Origin: Candidatus Woesebacteria bacterium
GTDB taxonomy: Bacteria > Patescibacteriota > Microgenomatia > UBA8517
Reading direction: 5' to 3'
Assembly: GCA_003484955.1 (NCBI GenBank)
Contig: DMZH01000001.1
Coordinates: forward strand, 23,848-87,847
Length of the DNA: 64,000 bases
The first letter of the stretch is position 1. Each line of letters opens with the position of its first letter. A program made the position numbers and the translations under genes. Below the pieces are notes generated by a model. The model was not told the DNA's origin. It saw only the letters and a list, made by a program, of their open reading frames with translations, and did no database searches. Positions 54,897 to 64,000 of this stretch are shown piece by piece.

Positions 54897-55496
54897 TTAC
54901 CTCGAGTAGAACTCAACAATATCCTGCTCGCTTACTGACTCAGTTATATCCTCACGCTTCGGGTACGATGAAACTTTGCCGACAAGTGCTTTTCTTTCAA
55001 GCCAGGATGGGATTTTTAGGTCTTTTTGATCAAAAGCATTTTTAACCTCAGGTATATTTGAAGCTTTGGCATCTAGTGTAACTACATCTCCAATTTTCAA
55101 ACTAAATGAGGGTATGTTTACTTTCTGGCCATTCACTAAAATGTGCCTATGAGAAACGATTTGTCTGGCTGCCGGCCTGCTAGGAGCAAAGCCCAGTCTA
55201 AAAACGGCATTATCAAGACGTCTTTCAAGGCTAACCAAGAGTGCCTCCCCGGTATTTCCTCTGGATTTGGAGGCTTCATCAACGTATCTCCTAAACTGCT
55301 TCTCCAAGATGCCATAAATTCTCTTAACTTTTTGTTTCTCACGAAGCTGTTTACCATACTGAGAAGAGCCCCCCGTCCCCTTTGGTCCATGGACTCCAGG
55401 GGGAACATTAAGTCTGGTTAACTTTGCGCCTGCACTGAAAATGTCAAATGCTTCGCGCCTGCTCAATCTGTCTTTTGGTCCGACGTATTTTGCCAT
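54897..55496 (-). CDS. rpsD: 30S ribosomal protein S4
   Basis: QLREKQK, LERRLDN, ARQIVSHRH, IVEFYSR. Confidence 0.97.
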   Translation of the reverse strand: MAKYVGPKDRLSRREAFDIFSAGAKLTRLNVPPGVHGPKGTGGSSQYGKQLREKQKVKRIYGILEKQFRRYVDEASKSRGNTGEALLVSLERRLDNAVFRLGFAPSRPAARQIVSHRHILVNGQKVNIPSFSLKIGDVVTLDAKASNIPEVKNAFDQKDLKIPSWLERKALVGKVSSYPKREDITESVSEQDIVEFYSR

Positions 55497-55509
55497 ATAT
55501 TTTTAAATT

Positions 55510-55893
55510 TTAGACTCTGCGTTTCTTCTTCGGTCTTGGTCCGTTATGTGGAACCGGTGTAATATCTGCAATCAAGGAAATTTTAACTCCCGTAGCCTTT
55601 ATGGCTCTTAAAGCTGCATCGCGTCCCGCACCGGGACCTTTAACATAAATTTCAACTTCATTAACCCCATTCACATCTTTAACCTTATTTATCACTTTTT
55701 CAACCGCACTTGTTGCGGCAAATGGTGTTGCGCGCCTTGTACCTTTGAACCCGGATGCGCCTGAGGATCCCCAAGCTAAAGTTTCTCCTTGGGTGTTGGT
55801 AACGGTTACCAAGGTGTTGTTAAAGGAAGCGGAAATGTAAACCCTACCCAAACCGACTTCCTTATTGATTGTTTTTTTAGCTTTAGTCGCCAT
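55510..55893 (-). CDS. rpsK: 30S ribosomal protein S11
   Basis: SFNNT, TPFAA, GPGAGR, TPVPHNG. Confidence 0.97.
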   Translation of the reverse strand: MATKAKKTINKEVGLGRVYISASFNNTLVTVTNTQGETLAWGSSGASGFKGTRRATPFAATSAVEKVINKVKDVNGVNEVEIYVKGPGAGRDAALRAIKATGVKISLIADITPVPHNGPRPKKKRRV

Positions 55894-55897
55894 ATTG

Positions 55898-56308
55898 TTA
55901 TTTTGCTTTTTCGTCTTTGTTCGCAGTCATCTTGGACAGCATTTCTTTCTTAAAGGCTCCCACTGTCTTTCTTTTTCCGCGTTTTGTACGGGCGTTTGTT
56001 CTTGTTCTTTGTCCTCTTGCCGGAAGACCTCTCACATGTCTCATACCACGGTACGAACCGATTATTTGCAGTCTCTGAATGTTTTCCCTAACTACTCTGG
56101 CTATATCACCTTCTATTTGATATTTTTCAAGTTCTGTGTTTATTTTTGAAATTTCTTCACTGGACAAATCCGATACTCTTTTTTTGATATCAATGCCACA
56201 ATCTTTTAAAACTTTTTCGGACAAAGTCCAGCCTAACCCTCTAATTTTGGTGAGAGCATAATTTGCTTTCCAATTATCTTGTAAATCAATGCCGGCAATT
56301 CTTGTCAT
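55898..56308 (-). CDS. rpsM: 30S ribosomal protein S13
   Basis: RIAGIDL, YRGMRH..GLP.RGQRTRTNART. Confidence 0.97.
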   Translation of the reverse strand: MTRIAGIDLQDNWKANYALTKIRGLGWTLSEKVLKDCGIDIKKRVSDLSSEEISKINTELEKYQIEGDIARVVRENIQRLQIIGSYRGMRHVRGLPARGQRTRTNARTKRGKRKTVGAFKKEMLSKMTANKDEKAK

Positions 56309-56346
56309 GTTTTAATAAATAGGAAATTAATCCTGGCTTGTTTTCG

Positions 56347-56460
56347 TCATCCCTGACGCTGCTTATGCCTGGGATTTTTGCAAATGACGTATAAAACGCC
56401 TTTGCGCCTAACAATCTTACAGTCCTTACATCTGGCTTTTATCGAACTTAAAACTTTCAT
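56347..56460 (-). CDS. rpmJ: 50S ribosomal protein L36 (Zn-binding type)
   Basis: Hand translation [37 protein letters not shown]. Confidence 0.95.
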   Translation of the reverse strand: MKVLSSIKARCKDCKIVRRKGVLYVICKNPRHKQRQG

Positions 56461-56470
56461 ATATTTTATA

Positions 56471-56686
56471 TCAATATTTGTACACTATTCGGCCTCTACC
56501 TTCGTCGTAAGGTGTCATTTCGACTTTCACCCTGTCTCCCGGAAAAACTCTTGTGTAATTCCTGCGCATTCTCCCGGTCAATGTTGCCAAAATGACCTTG
56601 CCATCCACAAGCTCAACTCTGAACATTGTGTTGGGAAGGGCGGCAGAAACTGTACCATCTACCTCAACTACATTCTTGGTTTTCAT
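56471..56686 (-). CDS. infA: Translation initiation factor IF-1
   Basis: [31 protein letters not shown]. Confidence 0.97.
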   Translation of the reverse strand: MKTKNVVEVDGTVSAALPNTMFRVELVDGKVILATLTGRMRRNYTRVFPGDRVKVEMTPYDEGRGRIVYKY

Positions 56687-57432
56687 CTCGTTAAAACTTG
56701 TGCTCCTTTTTCCGTTACGGCAACTGTATCCTCGAAAAGTCCTGATATTTTACCATCACGCATAGCAATTGTCCATCCGTCTTCCAAGATCTCAACTTTG
56801 TCGGATCCCGCTGCGTACATTACTTCAACTGCCAGTACCATTCCCTTTTTGATTACGGGACTATCCTCAACCCTTCCGGGCACAAAACAGGGAATTTGCG
56901 GATCTTCGTGGAGTTTACGGCCCACCCCATGCCCAACAAGCGCTTTTATGGTTGAATATCCCGCACCCTCAACAACTTGCTGTATTGCATTCGAAATATC
57001 ATAGATATAGTTGCCTTCTTTAACTTCTTTCAGGGCTTTTTGCAAAGCCAGTTCTCCCGTACCTAAAAATTTTTTAACTTCCGGTGCGGGGCTTACCCCA
57101 ACAGTAATAGATGTATCTGTATGAAAACCCTTGTAATAAATTCCAACATCAATACTGACTATGTCACCGTTTTTAAAAATAACATCGGATGTTGGAATTC
57201 CGTGCACTAGACCTTCGTTTATATTTATACATGTCGCCCAGTAATAATTGGGTTCTTTATCAAAAGATGGCTCGACTCCTTCCTCTTTTATTAACTTCAT
57301 CGCCAAGTTTTCGATATCGAGAGCCGTCACGCCCGGCTTAACCGCAGCGGCTAATGTTTTCTTAATTCTACCAAGCCTGATACCCCCCTCACTCATAATT
57401 TGAATTTCTCCCGGAGATTTAATTTTGATCAT
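56683..57432 (-). CDS. map: Methionine aminopeptidase type I
   Basis: CININEGLVHGIP, DVG, D, GHGVG..LHEDP, FEDTV. Confidence 0.95.
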   Translation of the reverse strand: MIKIKSPGEIQIMSEGGIRLGRIKKTLAAAVKPGVTALDIENLAMKLIKEEGVEPSFDKEPNYYWATCININEGLVHGIPTSDVIFKNGDIVSIDVGIYYKGFHTDTSITVGVSPAPEVKKFLGTGELALQKALKEVKEGNYIYDISNAIQQVVEGAGYSTIKALVGHGVGRKLHEDPQIPCFVPGRVEDSPVIKKGMVLAVEVMYAAGSDKVEILEDGWTIAMRDGKISGLFEDTVAVTEKGAQVLTR

Positions 57433-58075
57433 CTTCTTTCGCCTTCCGAACTATTTCTTCCAGGTCTTTCGCAATTTCCTCAATGGGACGATCTCCGTTC
57501 ACTTTTGTAAGATTCCCTTTGACGTCTGCATAATCAATTAACTCTTTTGTATTTTGAAGATAATACTCGAATCTTGTTTTGATTGCTTCAGGTTTATCGT
57601 CATCCCGCTGGACAAGTGTGCCACTGCATTTGTCGCAAACTCCGAAGCTTTTTGGAGGTTTTGACTCTGTATTAAAAATTTCACCGCAGCCGCTGCACAT
57701 CCACCTTGCTGAAATTCTTTTAATTGCCACGTCCATTGGAACTTCTAAAGAAATTACAACGTCAATGTCATCCCCTTTGCTTTTCAGAAAATTGTCTAAA
57801 GCTTCATATTGAGATATAAATCTCGGAAAACCTTCAAAGAGAATATCCCTAAGGTCTGGCTTTTTGTTTTCCAAAAAATCCAACACGTGCATCGTTATTT
57901 CTTCCGGAGGGATTAATTTTCCCGAGTTGATAATTTCTTTAATTCTCGGGTCAGTTTCTGCCAGCTTTCTGGCAATGTCTCCCGTCGAGAGATGAAAAAG
58001 ATTAAACTTTTTAGATAAGATTTCGGCCTGAGTACCTTTTCCTGAAGCGGGAGAACCAAGTAAAACGATATTCAT
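57419..58075 (-). CDS. adk: Adenylate kinase (Zn lid)
   Basis: GSPASGKGTQ, STGDI, EGFPR, CSGC...CDKC, QRDDD. Confidence 0.93.
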   Translation of the reverse strand: MNIVLLGSPASGKGTQAEILSKKFNLFHLSTGDIARKLAETDPRIKEIINSGKLIPPEEITMHVLDFLENKKPDLRDILFEGFPRFISQYEALDNFLKSKGDDIDVVISLEVPMDVAIKRISARWMCSGCGEIFNTESKPPKSFGVCDKCSGTLVQRDDDKPEAIKTRFEYYLQNTKELIDYADVKGNLTKVNGDRPIEEIAKDLEEIVRKAKEDDQN

Positions 58076-58076
58076 G

Positions 58077-59357
58077 TTAAATAAACCCCTCGTACCTTTC
58101 CATTACCAGTTCACCTTCTATTTCACGGACAATCTCCAGAACAACAGAGACAACGATCAAAATACTTGTCCCTCCTATTGCCATGTTTGAAGCACCGACA
58201 AAGTTCTGGAAAAGGGAGGGGAGCACCGCAATAAGCCCCAAGAATGCTCCTCCCACAACGGTAATTCTTGAAAGAATGTGAGATAGATATTTTTCAGTTT
58301 CTTTCCCCGGCCTTATTCCCGGAATAAAACCGCCGCCTTTTTGTAAATCTTCAGAAATTTTTTCGGGGTTAAAAACTACCGCCGTATAAAAATATGTAAA
58401 TCCGAAAACCAAGAAGAAATAAACGACATTATAAAGAACAGATTGAGGACTAAATGCCGTACTCATTGTTCTGGCAATACCGGCAATTTGTATGTTGGAA
58501 GCATTCGACAAAAACTGTCCTATCATAGAAGGTATAAGCACTAAAGATACGGCAAAAATAATAGGGATAACTCCCGCCTGATTAAGTCTTATGGGAAGGT
58601 AGGAAGATGCCGCGAGTCCGGATTCCGTTCTTCTTTTTGCATAATGTATCGGAATTTGACGGGTTGCTTCGCCAACAAAGACAACAAGGCCGACGATTAG
58701 GACCAGTACCGCAAAAAATATAATCATTTTGAAAATATCCTGTGACTGAAAGATACTTGCCGATTGGCTCAGAATCACGGGGAGTCTGGCAATAATACCG
58801 ACAAAGATAAGTATAGAGACTCCGTTTTTGAAGCCGTACTCGGTAATCAATTCCCCGAGCCAAACAGCAAAAACAGTACCTGCCGTCATTGTGATAACCA
58901 AGGAAAAAAGATCAATTGGACTTAATCCTGTAATAATATTTTGCCCCTTAAGAAGGGCATACATACCAAATGCTTGAACAGCTGCCAGGGGTATTGTTAC
59001 AAGACGGGTGTATTGGTTTATTTTTTCCTGGCCATATTCGCCCTCTTTTTGAAGTTCAGCAATTGACGGAACAACATAGCCCAAAAGCTGAAAAATAATC
59101 GAAGCATTAATGTAGGGGTTCAAGCCCAGTGCCAAAATTGAAAAGTTGGCCAAAGTTCCACCCGAAAAAACATCCAGAAGCGACAAAAGCGGGCTTCCCA
59201 AGAAAAGTGCCGAAAGAGTATCTCTATCAATTCCGGCAGCGGGAATGTGGGCCGCGAGTCTAAAAACGACAAGTATTATCCCCGTTATAATTAATTTTTT
59301 CCTGATAGAGCGGGTTTTGGCGGCTTTTACAAAAAATTGAGCAATCGACTTAAACAT
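58077..59357 (-). CDS. secY: Preprotein translocase subunit SecY
   Basis: ALGLNPYINASII, WLGELIT, GVIPIIFA, FIPGIRPG, GGTSILIVV. Confidence 0.97.
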   Translation of the reverse strand: MFKSIAQFFVKAAKTRSIRKKLIITGIILVVFRLAAHIPAAGIDRDTLSALFLGSPLLSLLDVFSGGTLANFSILALGLNPYINASIIFQLLGYVVPSIAELQKEGEYGQEKINQYTRLVTIPLAAVQAFGMYALLKGQNIITGLSPIDLFSLVITMTAGTVFAVWLGELITEYGFKNGVSILIFVGIIARLPVILSQSASIFQSQDIFKMIIFFAVLVLIVGLVVFVGEATRQIPIHYAKRRTESGLAASSYLPIRLNQAGVIPIIFAVSLVLIPSMIGQFLSNASNIQIAGIARTMSTAFSPQSVLYNVVYFFLVFGFTYFYTAVVFNPEKISEDLQKGGGFIPGIRPGKETEKYLSHILSRITVVGGAFLGLIAVLPSLFQNFVGASNMAIGGTSILIVVSVVLEIVREIEGELVMERYEGFI

Positions 59358-59404
59358 ACGTATTCACGATTATATCCCAAAAGTGATCCTAAAAACAGCT
59401 GTGT

Positions 59405-60070
59405 TTACTGGCAGTTGGAGGACTTAACAAAACCCGCGGCTTTGGCTTCATTCTCTGTGCAGAACCAATCTTCCCCCCGATATCTTTCAACTTTTGTTTG
59501 ATCGTAATCGCGACACCCGGGCAACATATATATGTATTTATTCAAATCATGGGAAATCTGACCTTTTATACCGCAGTTCTTCTTTATCGGAACCGTTGGA
59601 GAACATTCTTCCGAAAAAATTCCTAATTTATTGTCTCTTGCATAATAGCTGGTTTCCTTAATGATCTCTGAAGTCTCGGTTTTATTGCCATCATAATAAG
59701 CAAAACCGTTCTTGGACATATATTCATTAACAAATTCTCCGTCAACGTATACAAACGCCTGAATCCGCTTATAAATATCTGTCTTAAGACCTTTTAGAAT
59801 TACTTTTTTACCAAAGACTTTGCTGGAAAGAGCATCTTTCGCTTCCTCACCAAAACAATACTGAAGTTCCGGTGCGTCTATTCCAAATAAACGTATCGAT
59901 TGTCCGTTTTCTATTCTGAATGTATCACCATCTATTACTTCGGTTACTATTTCCCCAGGATCTATTACCCTTTTGGTAACAGTGGCTGACCCGGCAATTA
60001 TTCCAATCGCGCCAATTGCAACCAGAGCTTTTTTGAAAGAAAATTTCTTTTTCTTGGAAGGCTTAGGCAT
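59405..60070 (-). CDS. Thermonuclease (SNase) family protein with C-terminal Cys-containing domain
   Basis: TM anchor; VIDGDTF, IRLFGIDAPE, DIYKR; C-terminal CGIKG...YMLPGC..Y...WFCTENEAKAAGF; ATG 60070 preferred. Confidence 0.88.
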   Translation of the reverse strand: MPKPSKKKKFSFKKALVAIGAIGIIAGSATVTKRVIDPGEIVTEVIDGDTFRIENGQSIRLFGIDAPELQYCFGEEAKDALSSKVFGKKVILKGLKTDIYKRIQAFVYVDGEFVNEYMSKNGFAYYDGNKTETSEIIKETSYYARDNKLGIFSEECSPTVPIKKNCGIKGQISHDLNKYIYMLPGCRDYDQTKVERYRGEDWFCTENEAKAAGFVKSSNCQ

Positions 60071-60077
60071 ATATTTA

Positions 60078-60338
60078 TTAATATACTTCGTTATGCGTTC
60101 CAAACTTTAAACAGTATATATAATTGTCTTCAATTTTAATTTTTATTCGATAACTTTCATTTACTGAAACAGACCAGTATTCCATGCCGGACAACTTATG
60201 AAGTCTTAATGATCTACTGTTAACATTCGTATTTAGGAGAAGTAGAGTTTTTTCAACTTGGCCATGCAATTTACGATTATGATTAATCTGTTTCTCTAAT
60301 TCCTTTTTAAAGGATTTTGAGAGAACGACTTCGTACAT
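60078..60338 (-). CDS. Type II toxin, RelE/YafQ-like mRNA interferase
   Basis: SKSFKKEL, SLRLHKLSG, WSVSVN..YRI, GTHNEVY. Confidence 0.82.
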   Translation of the reverse strand: MYEVVLSKSFKKELEKQINHNRKLHGQVEKTLLLLNTNVNSRSLRLHKLSGMEYWSVSVNESYRIKIKIEDNYIYCLKFGTHNEVY

Positions 60339-60347
60339 ACGAAATCA

Positions 60348-60584
60348 TTATCTAATAGATTTCATATACTTTTCAACATCGCCCTTGTTTTTCAAAACAG
60401 TTGCCTTTCCTGTCTTTAAATCTTTCTTTGCTTCTAAATAGAGCTGATCGAGATTGGTCTTTTCTATAGAATTTCTGAGAGAATCACGAACCAGATCACT
60501 AAACGATGAATAGAAACCTGCCTTAACCAAATCTTCACCCGCTTCTTTTAATTTGTCTGGCAATGAGATATTTATTGTACTCAT
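60348..60584 (-). CDS. Ribbon-helix-helix (CopG/ParD-like) antitoxin
   Basis: MSTINISLP...LVKAGFYSSFSDLVRDSLR; directly upstream of the toxin; ATG 60584. Confidence 0.82.
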   Translation of the reverse strand: MSTINISLPDKLKEAGEDLVKAGFYSSFSDLVRDSLRNSIEKTNLDQLYLEAKKDLKTGKATVLKNKGDVEKYMKSIR

Positions 60585-60619
60585 ACAATATATGTACATT
60601 TTTCATACATATATGTCAA
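60585..60619 (-). promoter_or_regulatory. TA promoter with palindromic operator boxes
   Basis: TTGACA (60619-14) overlaps the perfect palindrome ACATATATGT (60607-16); second near-copy ACAATATATGT (60585-95). Confidence 0.65.
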
Positions 60620-60724
60620 GTGCCACTTGGCATACCAGGGGCGAGTTTTGGTGAGGTTAATGGAAAATGGCATTTCAAACCCCCCAAACGTCAAATCCCT
60701 TCTTAATTTGATATAATATGGGCT

Positions 60725-61210
60725 GTGGACAAGAAAATCAGAGATATATTAGCGAAAGGACTTGGTGAGGGTTATGTTGGCAGAAGTGTCAAAGGACTAG
60801 TAGATCGTGCTGGACACACTTTGGAAACAAGTGATTACCAGGGACCGGAAGGAAAATATCACGATGAATGGGCAGCGCACCAAAATGGCGGTGGGCAGGA
60901 ACTTGTTGAAACTCCGGATGGCAAAAAAGCCACTAGGGTTTACGCAGGTGGCTCTCTACATGAAGAAGAATTAATAAAAATAGGTTTAACTGGAAAAGAT
61001 GTCATTAGAAAGCTGGTTTTCTTTGTTAACCAATTGGGAGAAAAAACCAGGTTAGACACAGATGCCGAATCGACAGAGGGCAACTGGAGTTATTCATACA
61101 AAATTCTCAAATCGGTTCAGGAAATTCCGGTTGATGTCGCAGAAGAAGAAATAAAATACAAAGGAAATTTAGTTTTTATTCACTTCCACATAAATTCCCC
61201 TGTAAGGTAA
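60725..61210 (+). CDS. DUF5680-like hypothetical protein
   Basis: Y.DEW...GGQELV...YAGG...W.Y.Y...E.I.YKG..VF; GTG 7 nt after TATAAT. Confidence 0.6.
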   Translation: MDKKIRDILAKGLGEGYVGRSVKGLVDRAGHTLETSDYQGPEGKYHDEWAAHQNGGGQELVETPDGKKATRVYAGGSLHEEELIKIGLTGKDVIRKLVFFVNQLGEKTRLDTDAESTEGNWSYSYKILKSVQEIPVDVAEEEIKYKGNLVFIHFHINSPVR

Positions 61211-61214
61211 TCTT

Positions 61215-61673
61215 TTATTTTGAAGTTTTAACCTCTTTTTCGGCAGGCTTCTCGGAGGAGGCGGTAACAGTAATAACCTTTCCTGAAGTAGGAACTGAGA
61301 ACTTAAATTTCTTTGGGTTTTTACCAACACTTAAAATTTTTACTCCGTTAATTTTTGCCAACTTTCCGTTTACCACACCCAATTTGACAAGTTTCTCAAG
61401 TGTAATTTCTGTTCCATCAGTAAGCTTTTCGAGCCTTTTATAGTTAACTATTTCCGGTCGTGCTTTTGCATGGAATTTACCTTTACCGCGCATTAAGGGA
61501 AGTCTTTTAAGTAAAGACTTTCTCATCTTCATTCCCTCAAAAAGTACTCCGATCGTACCTCTACTTTTTTGTCCTTTTTGACCACGCCCAGTGGTATGGG
61601 ATCCTTTTCCGCTTCCCATTCCTCTACCGACTCTTTTCTTAGACTTTTGTATTACTTTTGGTAAATTTGCCAT
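61215..61673 (-). CDS. rplO: 50S ribosomal protein L15
   Basis: KRVGRG.GSGKG...GRGQKGQKSR, FEG, RLP, VKIL. Confidence 0.95.
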   Translation of the reverse strand: MANLPKVIQKSKKRVGRGMGSGKGSHTTGRGQKGQKSRGTIGVLFEGMKMRKSLLKRLPLMRGKGKFHAKARPEIVNYKRLEKLTDGTEITLEKLVKLGVVNGKLAKINGVKILSVGKNPKKFKFSVPTSGKVITVTASSEKPAEKEVKTSK

Positions 61674-61697
61674 ATTATTATTCTACTTCGCTCAGAT

Positions 61698-62195
61698 TTA
61701 TACTTTTCTCTTAATGTCCACGATTCCTGAAATTGTTTCCAGCGCTTTCAGCGTCGCATAAACATTTGAAATCTTATTCTTCGTTCCTAAAATCTTTCCG
61801 ACGGCATCCCTGATTCCGGCCGCTTCAAGAACAACTCTCATTGGGCCTCCTGCAATAATACCGGATCCTGGGGGAGCCGGCTTGAGAAGAACCTTGGCTG
61901 CTGAGAACTTTTCACTAACGGAATAAGGAACGGTTGTTCCGACAAGTGGAACCAGAATCAGCTTTCTCTTTGCTGCCTCTATTGCTTTTCTAATGGCGTT
62001 CCTGACATCTGTTGCTTTGGCAAGTCCAACTCCAACCTTACCTTTTCGGTCTCCAACAACAACCAGAGCGGAAAACCTTATTTGGTTTCCACCTTTGGTC
62101 TTTTTGGAAATCCTGTTGATTTGAACCACCGTTTCCTCAAACTCTTTAGGTGCTCCTTCGTAATTACTCCTTCTTCCTCTATTAAAGTTTCCCAT
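61698..62195 (-). CDS. rpsE: 30S ribosomal protein S5
   Basis: INRISK.TKGG, FSALVVVGD, KPAPPGSGIIAGG; ATG 62195. Confidence 0.97.
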   Translation of the reverse strand: MGNFNRGRRSNYEGAPKEFEETVVQINRISKKTKGGNQIRFSALVVVGDRKGKVGVGLAKATDVRNAIRKAIEAAKRKLILVPLVGTTVPYSVSEKFSAAKVLLKPAPPGSGIIAGGPMRVVLEAAGIRDAVGKILGTKNKISNVYATLKALETISGIVDIKRKV

Positions 62196-62196
62196 T

Positions 62197-62556
62197 TTAA
62201 AATTCCAGTCCTCCTTTTCTGGCTCCTTCCGCCAACGCCTTAACTCTACCATGGAATCTAAATCCGTTTCTGTCAAAAACCACACTTTTAATCTTTTTGG
62301 CGATTGCCTTTTTTGCCAAATCTTCCCCGACGTTTCCGGCGATTTGAATCTTGGTCTCCTTAGTTTTTCCTTTGACGGTCAAGTCAGATGAAGAAACTAA
62401 AGTGATACTCTTCTCATCATTAATAATTTGTCCATAAATATGCGTATTGGAACGGAAAACCGAAAATCTCGGCCTTTTAGACGTCCCTGTAATTCTTGCA
62501 CGGACTCTTGCTTTCCTCTGAACGTATCTTTTTGTTTTTAATTGTAAATTACTCAT
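62197..62556 (-). CDS. rplR: 50S ribosomal protein L18
   Basis: RPR.SVFRSN.HIY.QII, VFDRNG..FHGRV. Confidence 0.97.
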   Translation of the reverse strand: MSNLQLKTKRYVQRKARVRARITGTSKRPRFSVFRSNTHIYGQIINDEKSITLVSSSDLTVKGKTKETKIQIAGNVGEDLAKKAIAKKIKSVVFDRNGFRFHGRVKALAEGARKGGLEF

Positions 62557-62562
62557 AATATA

Positions 62563-63117
62563 TTAGGCGGCAGGACCTGCTTTAGCTGCAGCAGCCTTAC
62601 CGGCTTTTCTCCTTATCACCTCATCTACATATTTAATACCTTTTCCTTTATATGGCTCCGGCGGCCTCACTGCTCTTATATTGGCAGCAACCTGGCCAAC
62701 AAGTTCTCTGTCAAATCCGTCAACGGTAATTATTGTCTTTTCAACTTTAAAAGTAATCCCTTCGGGGGCGTTAATTTTAATAGAATGGGAATATCCCACA
62801 GTTAAGGATAAATCGCGTCCGACAAGCTCTGCTTTAAATCCTGTTCCGACAAGTTCCAATTTTTTACTCCAACCCGTGGAAACCCCAATCACATCATTAT
62901 TGATAAGTGCCCTTGTTGTTCCAAAGAGGGACATTACATATTTTCCCGAACCCTTGGCACTGACAATTACCTTTCCATCGTTTACTTCTACCGCAATCTC
63001 GGCAGCAAAATGCTTCTTCAGGGTTCCTTTTGGACCGGTAACGGTAACTGTGTGTCCATCAACACTAACAGCGACTCCGCTTGGTATAATAACTGGTTGT
63101 TTTCCTATCTTGCTCAT
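62563..63117 (-). CDS. rplF: 50S ribosomal protein L6
   Basis: MSKIGKQP, GPKGTL, RPPEPYKGKGIKY. Confidence 0.97.
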   Translation of the reverse strand: MSKIGKQPVIIPSGVAVSVDGHTVTVTGPKGTLKKHFAAEIAVEVNDGKVIVSAKGSGKYVMSLFGTTRALINNDVIGVSTGWSKKLELVGTGFKAELVGRDLSLTVGYSHSIKINAPEGITFKVEKTIITVDGFDRELVGQVAANIRAVRPPEPYKGKGIKYVDEVIRRKAGKAAAAKAGPAA

Positions 63118-63132
63118 ATATTTATATTATAG

Positions 63133-63528
63133 TTACCAAATCTCTGCGATTACCTCTCCTCCGACCCTATCTTTAATTGCTTTCAAAGACGAAATCACTC
63201 CTTTTGGTGTCGAAACCAAAAGAACGGAAGGACTCTTTTTTTCTTCAAGTTCGTCAACTCCCATATAAACCCTAAGACCGGGTTTTGAAATGAGTTTTAT
63301 GTCCATCAGTCTCGGTTTCTTATCTTTAAAGGTAAGTCTTGCGGTCAAAACTCCTTTTTCCTTCTTTACTTCATCCAAAAATCCCATTTTTTTAAGAGCT
63401 TCGGCAACGGCAACTATTTGGTTGTTGGAGGTAACCGTCACTTCCTTGTTTTTTGCCATTGCGACATTTTTGATTCTAATCAAAAAGTCTCCTACCGAAT
63501 AGTTTGTTACTGTTTGTTTTATTTTCAT
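63133..63528 (-). CDS. rpsH: 30S ribosomal protein S8
   Basis: DFLIRIKN, ISKPGLRVY, STPKG, GGEV. Confidence 0.96.
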   Translation of the reverse strand: MKIKQTVTNYSVGDFLIRIKNVAMAKNKEVTVTSNNQIVAVAEALKKMGFLDEVKKEKGVLTARLTFKDKKPRLMDIKLISKPGLRVYMGVDELEEKKSPSVLLVSTPKGVISSLKAIKDRVGGEVIAEIW

Positions 63529-63541
63529 TTTTTTGCCGGGT

Positions 63542-63727
63542 TTACCAGGACGCCTTTCTAACCCCCGGGATTTCTCCTCTCAAGGCATGTTCTCTGAAAC
63601 AAAGTCTGCAAAGACCAAACCTGCGCATATAGCCATGCGACCTTCCGCAGATTTGACACCTGTTGTGGTATCTTACCTTAAACTTTAATTTTTTTGTTTC
63701 TCTAACTTCTTTTGCTGTTGTCGACAT
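63542..63727 (-). CDS. rpsZ: 30S ribosomal protein S14, type Z (Zn-binding)
   Basis: RCQICGR...LCRLCFRE...PGVRKASW. Confidence 0.95.
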   Translation of the reverse strand: MSTTAKEVRETKKLKFKVRYHNRCQICGRSHGYMRRFGLCRLCFREHALRGEIPGVRKASW

Positions 63728-63749
63728 ATTTTTATTTAATTTAAAACTA

Positions 63750-64000
63750 TTAATCTTTTTGGAACGGCATACCCATTAATTCCAATAGTCTTTTTGATTG
63801 TTCCTTGTCTTTGGCAGTCGTAACAATTGTAACTTCAAATCCATGGGCACTTGCACTTTTGGTCGAATCTATTTCAGGAAATACTGTGTGTTCTTCCAGT
63901 CCCAGAGTGTAGTTTCCCATTTCGTCAAAGGATTTTAAAGACACCCCTCTAAAGTCCCTCAGACGGGGCAAAACTATCGAAAAAAGCCTGTCCAAGAAAG
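63750..64000 (-). CDS. rplE: 50S ribosomal protein L5 (C-terminal part, cut by the window edge)
   Basis: [25 protein letters not shown]. Confidence 0.95.
   Translation of the reverse strand, partial: FLDRLFSIVLPRLRDFRGVSLKSFDEMGNYTLGLEEHTVFPEIDSTKSASAHGFEVTIVTTAKDKEQSKRLLELMGMPFQKD

Noticed and set aside
56378-63268. Plus-strand ORFs 56378-57004 and 62681-63268 in the ribosomal cluster
   Set aside because: Antisense shadows of infA/map and rplF/rpsH
1-64000. CRISPR arrays, transposases, introns/inteins (e.g. in recA), rRNA
   Set aside because: No regularly spaced 25-45-nt repeats, no transposase/RT/homing motifs, core proteins have normal lengths, and no rRNA-sized non-coding gap

Overview
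A 64-kb chromosomal window from an AT-rich bacterium using genetic code 11 (TGA is a stop). It very likely belongs to the Patescibacteria/CPR (Microgenomates-like). The support is: no rpmD/L30 between rpsE and rplO, an archaeal-type non-discriminating AspRS, a minimal RNase P RNA, scarce Shine-Dalgarno sites and many apparently leaderless genes. The left ~27 kb is accessory. It holds a DEAD-box helicase, a GT4/glycosidase pair, redox genes (sodA, bcp, rhodanese) and a ~13-kb minus-strand copper/metal island. In that island a CsoR-type repressor with a visible operator heads a tightly coupled 15-gene unit: P1B ATPase, three YHS domains, a Sco-like CxxxC protein, an unannotated CC...CC microprotein, an archaeal-type (class II) GAPDH, a MacAB-like ABC system with a YHS-fused ATPase, a lycopene-cyclase-domain protein and an ATP-cone/PD-(D/E)xK nuclease. 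The right part is core housekeeping: gltX, aspS, recJ, cca, secDF, nth, dtd, rnpB, miaA, HU, rny, recX, recA, tRNA-Pro and the spc/alpha ribosomal cluster. That cluster is interrupted between rplO and secY by a toxin-antitoxin/thermonuclease cassette. Degenerate 7-nt tandem repeats occur both between genes and in frame inside essential genes. All family assignments come from motif recognition by eye; no database searches were run.
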